DNA of 64,000 nucleotides, taken from Chiloscyllium plagiosum. Its lineage: Eukaryota. The translations under genes were made by a program, and so were the position numbers. Location of the stretch: assembly GCF_004010195.1 (NCBI RefSeq), contig NC_057718.1, positions 103,047,566-103,111,565 on the forward strand, in the 5' to 3' direction. Positions 36,176 through 47,585 of this stretch are shown here, piece after piece. Position 1 is the first letter of the stretch. Every line of letters begins with the position of its first letter. The notes under the pieces were generated by a model. That model was not told the DNA's origin. It worked only from the letters and a program-made list of their open reading frames with translations, and did not search any database.

Positions 36176-38814
36176 ATATATTATTACAGCTCCAGGACAC
36201 TGTAACCCTTTTGCTATAAATTCTGTGTCTTATGATCCTATACTCCACAACCACCTGATGAAGGAACAGCAATCCAAAAGCTAGTGCTTCCAAATAAACT
36301 GTTGGACTACATTCTGGTGTTGTGTGATTTTTAATCAATTCCCTAATTAGGCACTCTTTCCCAGTTTTAACCATGTGGTTGGCACCATTGTGGTCCATGA
36401 CCATTAGATCCATCCACTTTCACATGTTGCTATCCATCCCTAAGAAAATGTTCTGAAACTCTGGCACCTAGCAGGCAACATGGCTATCTTGACTAATGCT
36501 CTCAGCTCTAGACAAACTGTGCCAATCACTTGACTTCCAAAACATTCCCATCTACCACCCCATTTGAATGGCTTCCCCTACCACAGTGCTATGGGTAGTT
36601 CACTCCTCCACCCTGCAGTCCCTGCTCTCATCCATATCATCTATAAAAGCCAGGAACATGTCGAGTCATTGCAAGGTCTGAGGCTGCTCCACTCCACCTT
36701 CATGGTCCTCAAACTTGTCTTAATCACTGTCATCCAGTCTCTCCTGTCTCACATCCCGACCAGACTAATCCCCCTCAAAATATATTAAAATAACTGTTTT
36801 TGTTTTAAAGTTAAGTGTGAAGTGTAATGTTCCTGATGCAATTCAATTGGTCAAATTACCAGGCTTGAAACAAACACACACTCTATTTATACACTGTCTT
36901 TAAAACAAAATAAAAAGAAAACAGCTGGCTTAACTGTAACTCAATCAAAATGCTTAACAAAATAATATCTATATTAACTATTACTTCTGAACTGTTCCAA
37001 TGTAGTAACATCCCATGAACACACTGTAGGCAAATGCAAATTCAATAAGATAGATTGTCTCACATGCAATTCTAGCAGCAGGAAGAGAACCCCAGGTTTT
37101 AGCTGTAACAGAGAGAGGAATAAGAGCTTCCACATCCAGCTTCAAGACCCCAGCAACTGCTGAAAGCTAAAACTAAAGGTCCTAGTTCTGTGGGAGCTTG
37201 ACCCCATCCATTCAGGCTGCTTCTACTGTTTCAACTTTAAGAAAAAAAGCCCCAAGGCCATACAAGCTGTTTATGTTATTGATTTGGAACAGACTGCTGT
37301 CCCAACCTTTCTTCATTAAAAAAAAATGACAAGATACACCTCTTAAAGCCATAGTATTATCACAAATCAAACAATAAGGGGTGTGATTACCCTCAGTTAA
37401 TGTTCCCCTTCCTTGATGGATCACAGTGCCTGTAGATCAGGTTGCAGCTCGGTTGACTCGAAGCCAAAGCCCACACAACCACAGACACTTACTGCAGATG
37501 GACTTCCCTTAAATCAGACTGGCAGCCATCAGGTCCAACATACCACAGCCCCAATACATTACCCACCCTGTCATCCTTATTGTGTGTTAATTTACATATT
37601 TTTGGCTTAATTTGTTTTAATTAATCAACCATACTATCCTCAATAAGTTTAACTATTGCTGGTAAACCTAACTATTGCTAATAAAACCACACAATTACAG
37701 GGGGAACGAAGGATGGAAAATAAATGATGGTACAGCTGGCAATGCCTACATCTCATGAATGAATAAAATGGATGCAGCCGTGTCAGGATGGGTCTTTGAT
37801 TTATTCCTGCCTCTAGCGGACATTTCCAGGAATGGACAGAGAAATGCCTTAGCTGTCTGTTCCACAGAGGCTGATAGATAAGCAGGCAATGAGGGGAATT
37901 AAGGGGACATTTTCATTGGTGCCACCATCATGGCATCTCCTGCCCTTCCTACCACACAGTTCACATGAACTATTGAAGCTGCCCACTGGAGCCAACACCA
38001 CTCCCCCCCACCCCAAGCCCAGTTCACACGCTGTCTCAGTGACAGGCTCAGTGGTCATTGGCAGCGGAGACTGTGTATTCCCCAATGACATAGTTGTGGA
38101 GAATTTAGGCTGTAGATCAATCCATCATTAGTATGGTGGAGGGTCTTTCCTACCCTCCAATGATTCTGTCAGCTATGGTCCACTTCATTTCATTCAATTC
38201 CTGTTGGAAATGGAGAGCATCTCCATGTCGAGGTGCCCTCACCTCAGTTTGCCAACCTGTCTCAGCAGCTGTGAGATGTGCCAGTGGGACTGCTGGTCTG
38301 ATATCACAGTGGGACCTCTGGGTGAACTGTAGCATCAGGGTTCACCCACCATCCTTAGTAATACGGTGATTATAGAGGCAGCCAAAAAGGAGGTCCTTCC
38401 GACTAGTTGGCACAAGTATCAAAGGGCTTATGTCCAAAATGTCAATTCTTCTGCCACTCAGAGGCTGCCTGACCTGCTGTGCTTTTCCAGCACCACACTC
38501 TCGACTTTGATCTCCAGCATCTGAGGTCCTCACTTTCTCCCCCTGCCAAAATAGATGGTCTGGACACACCCATCATCAGAGTCCAAAGCCCCACTGGAAA
38601 TTCTAACTCTTGACGTTTGCAGCCAATTATTTTTAAATTAGTCTTTATATTTGGTAACAACAACATCTTCCATATATTTATTGCCTTAACTGTAGTTAAA
38701 CATTCCAAAATATTTCATTGGAGCAGTTAACAAATCAAATTTGACACTGAAGCTCATTAAGAGACGTTAGGACAAGTGACCAATAAATTGGTCAAATGGA
38801 GAGATGTTAATGTA

Positions 38815-39640
38815 GAAACATGGAAGATAGGAGTAGGCCACTTGACCCAAAGAGCCTGCTCCACTATTCAGTAAGACCATGGCTGATCATTGAACTCAAA
38901 TCCCTAATCATTCTATCCCCCGTACCTCTTGATCCCATTAGCCACAAAAGATATATCAACATTCTTCTTGGAAACACATAATGTTTTGGCCTTTCTGTGG
39001 TAATGAATTGGACAGGCTCACCACTCTCTGGGTGAAGAAGATTCTCATCTTGGTTCTAAAACTGTTTCCATCTATGTTTAAACTATGACCACTGGTTCTG
39101 GCTTCCCCCATCATTGGGAACATCCGTCCTGCAACTAACCTAATCCTAACCCTAACCCTAACCCTAACACTAACCCTATTTCCACCTATCTTTAAACTAT
39201 GAACCCTGGTTCTGGCTTCCCCCATCATTGGGAACATTCTTCCTGCAACTAACCTAACCCTAACCCAAACCCTGACCCTAATCCTAAGCCTAACCCTGAC
39301 CCTAACCCTAACCCTAACCCTACCACTAACCCTATTACCACCTATCTTTAAACTATGAACCCTGGTTCTGGCTTCCCCCATCATTGGGAACATCCTTCCT
39401 GCAACTAACCTAACCCTAACCCTAACCCTGACCCTAACCCTGACCCTAACCCTAACCCTGACCCTAACCCTGACCCTAACTCTGACCCTAACCCTAACCC
39501 TAACCCTGACCCTAACCTATCTAGCCCTGTTAGAAGTTTAAAGGTATTATGAGATTCCTCTCACTCTTCTAAACTCCAGAGAATACAATTCTAGCCAATT
39601 CAATCTCTCCTCAAATATCAGTTCTGCCATGCCAAGAATC
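38815..39640 (-). mobile_element. Older CR1-type LINE 3' fragment hosting telomeric arrays
   Basis: RMFPMMGEARTRGHSLKI...FFTQRVVSL resembles the CR1 ORF2 C-terminus. Confidence 0.8.
39064..39518. repeat. Three tandem units of about 70 bp LINE sequence, each followed by a (CCCTAA/CCCTGA)n interstitial telomeric array
   Basis: Directly visible; arrays at about 39135-39178, 39249-39334 and 39405-39518. Confidence 0.95.
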
Positions 39641-41494
39641 AACACTAGAACATGAGATAAAAACTAGTGATGGAGAGGTTTAGGAAGGTTAATCTAGAGT
39701 TGAAGGCACTTGGCATTAGTTGTGCAATAATTAAAATCAAGGATGAAGTAGGGGCCAGAGCTGGAGGAATGCAGAGGTCTCAGAGGCTTACTGCAGCTGC
39801 AGGAGATTAATGAGATCGGAAGGAATTGCGAATAAGGATGAGAGTGTTAAAGTTGAGGAGTCATTGGGATAGCATTCTAATATAGGCAGCACCATGGGGC
39901 TAATGGGTGAACAGGGCTTAGTGTGAGACTTATTACAGAATAGAACAGTACAAAACACAATATTCTGCTCTAGTGCATGTATCCTCTCTAATGATGACCA
40001 CAACATCTCCTGTATGTTGCAGCAGTACAACCATTCTCCAGTGAACAGGGAGGAAAAGAGTTAAGAATGGGAAGAACAGATCTTTCAAGCATTCAGTGCA
40101 ACAAATTAAAGTATAAAAAATATGTTAAGGCGAATGCAAAAACTTAAGAATGGTCACACAGTGACATGAAGCAGGGGCATTGAATGAGTAACCTGTCATT
40201 TCCTTAAATTTCAAGTAGACAAGACCAAATGGTTGGCTTGCTTGTGGCTCAGGGACTGTGGCACAGTGCATACATGAATTTCCAATGATCATAAGCTCCA
40301 GAGAGAGCAAGATTATCCCCTGTGTGAATGATATAAGGCTTACCGGCTGTGGGAGATGATGAATGAGGCTGAATCCATCTTGGATCAGCGATTACATCAT
40401 TGATATACCACAGCTCAGAGTTCTCGTCAACACACTGTGCAAATTTGAAGGGAAAAATAATGTAAAAATTAAGTTCTTCCTGACTGGATCTCGAAGTAAC
40501 ATTTTGAGGATGACATATGTCTTGATTCTGAGGCAGTGAGGTTAGGCAGTGTATACACTTTCAGCACAGTTGGCATTTAACAGTCAGATCTTGTGCAGCT
40601 ATTGTAAAATAGAGCATAAGAAAAAAAAATCAGACCTTCTTCTTCCCTCTTAGTCCATTTGAAGCCTGAAATTTGTTTCAAAAATAATTTTGAAATGACT
40701 GGTCTCATGTTTGGTGCACTTAATCCCTCTCCTCTCTCACGCTCGCTTTATCTTTGCTGGTTTGGATGGAATTGAATACAGTTTGAATGGTGCCTGGACT
40801 TTTGGTGTGGATAGAATAGTCACTGTGTGATCTCATTCAGCAATGACTCGATTGTGGGGGATCTAGTCATTGATTTACAAAACAATATAAACAACGAGTG
40901 TCACAGAAAGGAAAGCAGGTTGAGGGAGATCGTGGTGTCATGGTAATATCACTGGGCTAGTATTCCAGAAGCCTAGGCTTAATACTCTGGGCATGTAATT
41001 AAAAGACCTCTCAAGGCACTGATGTCAGTTTCCATCAAGCAGGGTATTTCACCGGTGTAGGAATGTTTATGTAAGCCATCGAAGATGTGATAAAACTCAC
41101 ATAACATATTTTTGGAATTTGGATGTTTTTCAGTAAAGGGAGAGAGGCAGATAAGTTTTGATCAGTTCTGTGAAAGTTTTTATTAAGGTCAGAAAGTCAA
41201 TTTGGAACAGTGACTTAAATACACCAGTTCTAAGAAAGTATATGATTTCAGCCAACTGAAAAAAACTTGGCGTCAGTAATGGGGACCATGAGAGCTATCA
41301 TTGATTGTTGTAAAGATTCATCTGGTTCACTGATGTCCTTCTAGGAAGGAAATCTGTCATGCTTACCATGTCTGGCCTACATGTACCTCCAGACTCACAA
41401 ACGAGTTGACTCTTAACTGCCCTCTGAATTAGTTTAGCAAGCCACTTAGTTCAATGGCAGTTAAGGATAAGTAAGGATAAACGATGGCTTTTCC

Positions 41495-41714
41495 TGTAAC
41501 AAGGTCAACTAGGTAGACTCATAAAAAATGAGTTCCCTGACTGGGGCTGTTAATCTGGTCCAAACAGAGAGCATTGGCTGACAGATATTAACAGGAGTGT
41601 CAGACATCACTTTGAGAATGAGCTTGGAGGGAGCTGGATCAGTGTCAAGGACGCTCCATGTGTAAATAAAGGGTGACTTGGTGACTGAATACCGGGTTAT
41701 CTAGAGTTATTTCA
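41495..41714 (+). mobile_element. Possible short solo LTR
   Basis: TG...CA ends with imperfect inverted termini (TGTAACAA/TTATTTCA) and internal AATAAA; interrupts a SINE tail; no clear TSD. Confidence 0.45.
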
Positions 41715-42819
41715 CTCACATCCCAGGAAAGTATTTTCTAAACAAAGCCTCTGACCCTAATACTCTGCATGTTTCACTGATTTTATCAACACATGGTACA
41801 CTACACAGTTGAAACTCAAGATGCTACCAAAAGCAGTACAAGGTACAGAGAACTAGAGCATGCTATCAATAATTATACAAGATGTGACATTGATTAATTG
41901 ATATTTTTCCCGGTTGAATAACATACTTCAACACATCCTGCATGCCAATGGCTGTGAATACACAATTCTAGTGATTCATGAAAGGAGGTGTTCTCGCTGT
42001 GTAAAGAAATATTTAAACAGTCAAACATTGTGTCACTGCTTCGAGAATCATAGTTGCTGTATTCTAATGGCTATCTAATGGTTATATAATGCTAAAGTTT
42101 ATGTGAATTCTGAAGATGAAAGGTAACAGAAATAATTACACTTCAGCACTCAAACATTTCACAATGCGTTCTTGTGTGTGAAAACCTTAGTTTATGAAGG
42201 GCACTCTAAACAATAGCACAGCATAATTCTTCAAATTAAAGTGGTGCTTTATCTACATCCTGAGCAATAACATGTAGAGGACAACAAACCCTTGATTATA
42301 ACTCCCAGGACATTATTCAGCTTTCAATAGGTTACTTTCTGCCATCATGTCCAACAAATCCAATCTAATGCAGTCATATTAGTTTAATGAATACATCTAT
42401 CATCATTTAGGAGTGTTAATATTAAACTTCAAAGTTGAAGTTTAACACTACAACAAAAATCTGAAATTTGACTGAAACCTTAGACGTTATAATATAATCT
42501 ACTTGATTAGACGCTGTAGATTCCAAAATTTATAACCCCTGCACAACCTCTGTGCCAAGATAATTTTCCAAATGTATATATTATTAGAAGAACAATAAAG
42601 TCTGTTATAAAATACACCATTATATTGTGCCTTGATAAAATAATGGTGAAAAAGACAGGCTACATGTTATAATTGTACAGAAATTTCAATGGTCTGTCTT
42701 TTCTCCATGTCTAATTAGATACCCATGCTGAAAAAGTTTAACTTTAATTTGAACATGCAATCCTTAATTGTCCAACAGTCTATGGATTTCAAAGTCAACA
42801 ACTGGTTTTAATCTCTGAT

Positions 42820-43480
42820 GTGCATCAGGGCCTTGGTGAGATCACATTCAGAATGTTGCGTGCAGTTTTGGTTCCCCCAACCCAAGAGAGACTTGGCATT
42901 GACGGAGTGCAACTGAGGTCCACTAGGCTAGTACCAGGGATGACAGAACTGTCATACAAGGAGAAATCAGTTCAACATGGCACATGTTCACTACAGTTTA
43001 GAAGTTTGAGAGGGAATGTAATTAAAATGTATAAAATTCTAACGGAGATAGACAGACTGGATGCAGGGAGTGTGGTTCTCCTGGTTAATCACCGGGGGCG
43101 CAGTCTCAGGCAAATGGAGCAGACCATTTAGGACTGAGTCATAGAATCATCCAGCATGAAACAGGCCCTTCGGCCCAACTCATCCATGCTGACCAGGTTC
43201 CCTAAACTGAACTGTCCAATTTGCCTGCATTTGGCTCATATCCCTCTTAACTTTTCCTATTCATGAGATGAGGAAGCATTTCTTCAGTCAGTTGATGGTA
43301 AAACTGTGGAATTCACTACTTCAGGAGGCGGAGTCATGGAGTATATTCAGGAAAGAGATTGCATTTTTAGATATTAAAGAAATCAAAGGTTATGGGGGAA
43401 AGTAAGATAGAGATCCAGCCATGAGCATATTGAGTGGAGGAGTAAGTTTGAAGGGCTGAATGGTCCACGGCTCATACTTT
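42820..43480 (+). mobile_element. Old CR1-type LINE 3' region with a nested minus-strand CR1 tail (about 43136-43265)
   Basis: SLQFRSLRGNVIKMYKIL-like C-terminal motif. Confidence 0.7.
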
Positions 43481-46319
43481 CAATGTTTAAACAATATCAT
43501 TTATAGACAGAGGACCAGATTACAGTCACAGTGAAACCAAGGTTGTATCATAAACTACAATATAAAGTCAGGGAAAGCAAGTTCCATTGCAGCCAAATGG
43601 CTGTCCTAATAACAATCAGACAGAGCATTTGTTTCGACAACTTGGCCAAGAAACTATTACTTCATGAGATTTGAACATGTTTTCTGGACTCAAAATGTTA
43701 ACTTTGTTTTTTCTCTCCACAGTTGCTGCCAGACTGGCTGAGGGTTTCTCCAGCAATTTCTGTTTCTGTCTCAGATCTTCAGCATGTGCAGTTCTTTGTT
43801 TTATTAAAGGATTGAAGCTCCCTGGGAGATAATGGAGGCTATCAGTGGGTGAAAATGGATTGCCTGTGCTGAAAGCAACCCATGTCATGGCAGGACATGG
43901 GGCTATGGAGATGGGTGACAGACCAAGAACAGGGCATTCATGTTCTAAAATTGTTAAAACTCGATGCTGAGTCCTGAACGCTGTGAGGTACTTAAGTAAA
44001 AGGTGAGGTGCAGGCTGGGGAAGCAACATCTCATCTTTCACTTGGGCAATGTGCACATGGGGCTGGCATGTGAGTTAACTGTGATACAGTCTCTGTACAC
44101 ATCATAACCATTGCTCCACCTGGTTAAGGCATTCACAATAAACACACACTTATAGAAATTCTTAAATAATTTACTCGTTTCGTTTTGTATTGTACATTTT
44201 ATGGCTTCATTTCTTTTCATACATCTGAGAAATCCACAGTCAGAAAAGTGATTTATCGAAGATAAAGAAACAGATCACAGCACCTCTTGTGCAGATAAAT
44301 GAAAGCCTGAGGCATTTGCTGAAGGACACTGGCAGAGATTTGATGAGGAAGGCACAATTATACAAATATTTTGGATATATTGAGAAATCCAAACCTACTG
44401 GCAAAACATGCTGCTTGATATTCAAAATAATTTCTCCGTTCTTCACTCACTTCGATAGAGCACAATGCGTTGTGGGACTCCATATAAAGCCTGTTTGGAT
44501 TCCGTGCAGTTGAAAGGTTGTTTTATAGGTGAAGAACACATCTCACGGAAGTGGGCATCGATATGGATCGTCAATCAATATTAAATCAATCAACGTAGAG
44601 AAGGGAAGAATTCCCTTGATGGGGAGTCTTTCACAGCCTCAGGTTGTCCCAGTATGCATCAAAGTCAATGAAATGCTTTTCAAAATGTAATCACTGCTGT
44701 ACTGTGGGTAATGTGAGGACCAATTTGAACACAGCAGGACCCAATAAACATCTTTGGAAGGGCTTCTTTTATGAAGAAAGATTGAGCAAGTTGGGGTTTT
44801 GAAGAATGAGGGGGTGATCATATTGAAACTTACAAGGTCCCAAGGGGACAGGAAAGGAAGAATTCCCCAAGGATGTTTCCTCTTGAGACGAGGGGGACAA
44901 ACTAAAAATAAGAGATCTCCCTTTTAGAACAGAGTTGAGGAGAATATTCTTTTTCTGAGGGGGTCGTTAGAGAGTGGAATTCTCTTCCCCAATAGCTAGT
45001 GGAGGCTGGGTCACTGCATTTAATACTGAGTTGGGTAGATTTTTGAGAGACAGGGGTTACATGGAGATGCAGATTGGAAACCACAGCAAAGTTGAGCCAC
45101 AATCTTACTGCACAACAGGCTTGAGGGAGCTAATCACCAACTCTTACTCCTGATTTCTCTGTTCCTACAAACAGCAATGCAATCATCCCCACCATATCTC
45201 GGTTTTACAGATGTTGGCTGGAGGCTCGGTATTGCAATGAGGATGAGGATTGCTCGCCCATTCTTCACCTCTGGTTGTTTACATTCACCTGGGAGCACAG
45301 ACGCTGCCTGTCTTTCCTAAAAGATGGCATTCTGACAGCGCTGCCTCCCTGTAGTGCAGCACTGCCCTGGAGTGTCAGCACAGAGGCCACTTCCTAACCT
45401 CTGGAATGGGGCCAGGAGCTCAAAATGTTCTGATGAAAGCCACAGCTAATACTATGGAATCTGGTTCATTCCAAAAGAACTATACCAATCATCAAAATAG
45501 TTTATAATATCAATTTTACGTCCTATTTGGATTCCAAAGGAAGGGATTTAATATTATACACTTTTAGATCAATTAAGTGAAGTACTAAGGAGTTTGCTCT
45601 TGGGGGAGATGTTCACTATTGATTGGACAATGTTCTGTACCATTCGTGACTCCGCCAATACTGAAGCAGTCCATGTTCACATGGATCAAGACCTAGTCAA
45701 TATCCAGGCTTGGGCTGAAAAATGATAGGCCTTGGAGTGGGTTCCTTCACACACTGAACTGTAAGTCTATAAGAACATGGTCTGTTCAAGTCAAGGGCAT
45801 GTTTCTTGGGTGCATTGGTACTGCCAGAGGGTGAGAGTGGCATAGCGGTAATGTCATTGGACCAGTAATCCATACACCTAGGTTAATGTTCAGGTAGTGA
45901 GTGCTTGAGTTTCAGCATGGCGGATGGTGAAATTTGAATTCAAAACAAAATCTGGAATAAAGAACTGGCCTAATGGAAGCCATGTATCCCCTGACAATTA
46001 TTGTAAAGACCCTTCCAGAGGATGAAACCTGCTGTCTTTACCTGGTCAAATCTACATGTGACTCCAGGCCTACAGCAATGTGTCTTGTAGGCAATAAATG
46101 CTGGCCTAGTCACACCCCACTGACACATTTCTGACAAATGTTGTTAGGTGAAATGGCTTATGTTGTGCATATCTAAGTCCAGTCATATAACTCAGAGATT
46201 CCTCTCTCCAGGAGACCTCCATGCCATGCTGTATTGTGGCCTAAGGAGAGGTCTGATTTGTATTTGCTATGACCGCTGGGGATTCATATCACAGAAATGC
46301 TATTCCAGTTCTGATTACA

Positions 46320-47585
46320 TAGAATCCCTACAGTGTGGAAGCAGGCTATTCAGCCCATCAGATCCACACCACACCAATAAAGAGCATCCTACTCAGACCC
46401 ACCCCGATACTATCCCTGTAACCTTGCATTCTACATGATAAATCCACCTAATCTGCACATAGATTAGATTAGATTCCCTACAGTGTGGAAACAGGCTCTT
46501 TGGCCCAACTAGTCCACACTGACCCTCCAAAGAGTAACCCACCCAGATCCACTCCCGTCTGACTAATGCACCTAACACTATGGGCAATTTAGCATGGCCA
46601 ATTCACCTGACTTGCACATAGAGTCATAGAGTCATAGAGATGTCCAGCACGGAAACAGACCCTTCAGTCCAGCCCGTCCATGCCGACCAGACACCCCATC
46701 CCAACCCAGTCCCACCTGCCAGCACCCAGCCCACATCCCTCCAAACCCCTCCCACTCATATACCCATCCAAATGCCTCCCAAATGTTCCAGCTGCACCAG
46801 CCTCCACCACATTCCCTGGCAGCTCACCCCACACACGCACCACCCTCTGCGTGAATAAGTTGCCCCCCAGGTCTCGTCCATATCTTTCCCCTCTCACCCC
46901 AAACCCATGCCCTCCAGTCTGGACTCCCCAACCCCAGGGAAAAGACTCCGTCCATTCATCCCACCCATGCCCCCCATAACCCTGCAAACCTCCATAAGGT
47001 CATCCCTCAGCCCCCGACGCCCCAGGGAAAACAGTCCCAGCCCGTCCAACCTTCCCTGTCGCCCAAATCCTCTAACCCTGGCAATATCTCTGCAAATCTC
47101 CTCTGAACCCCCTCAAGTCTCACAACATCCTTCTGACAGGAAGGAGACCAGCAATATTCCAACAGTGGCCCGAACAATGTCTGTCCAGCCGCAACATGAC
47201 CTCCCAACTCCTGCACTCAACACTCTGACCAATAAAGGAAAGCCTTCCTCACCATCCCATCCACCCGCGACTCCACCTTCAAGGAGCCACAAACCTGCAC
47301 TCCAAGGTCTCCTCACTCAGCAACACTCCCTAGGACCCCACCATTAAGTATACAAGTCCTGCTAAGATTTGCTTGCACATCCCTATGGGCCAATTTAGCA
47401 TGGCCAATCCACCCTAACCTGCACATCTCTGGGTGTGCGGGAGGAAACTGGAGCACCTGGAGGAAACCTACACAGACACGAGGAGAATGTGCAAACTCCA
47501 CATAGACAGTCACCTGAGGCTGGAATCGAACCCCAGTCCCTGGCGCTGGGAGGCAATGGTGCTAACCACTGCGCCATCATGCCAC
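46320..47585 (-). mobile_element. Nested cluster: older V-SINE interrupted by a truncated younger V-SINE (about 46460-46619) and a CR1 (46620-47374)
   Basis: The older SINE halves at 46320-46460 and 47375-47585 join at TGCACAT, which recurs at every junction. Confidence 0.75.
46620..47374 (-). mobile_element. 5'-truncated CR1 with A-to-G hypermutation on its sense strand
   Basis: Colinear with 1803-2570; (CTATGACT)n tail; CTTGCACAT at both flanks (46611-46619 and 47372-47380). Confidence 0.92.

Noticed and set aside
38956..39393. 145-aa ORF with (RV)n repeats
   Set aside because: Translation of TTAGGG arrays plus LINE sequence; no gene structure.
39064..39518. CRISPR-like repeat-spacer pattern or a chromosome-fusion site
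   Set aside because: Eukaryotic DNA; the intervening tracts are telomeric repeats, all in one orientation with no head-to-head junction.
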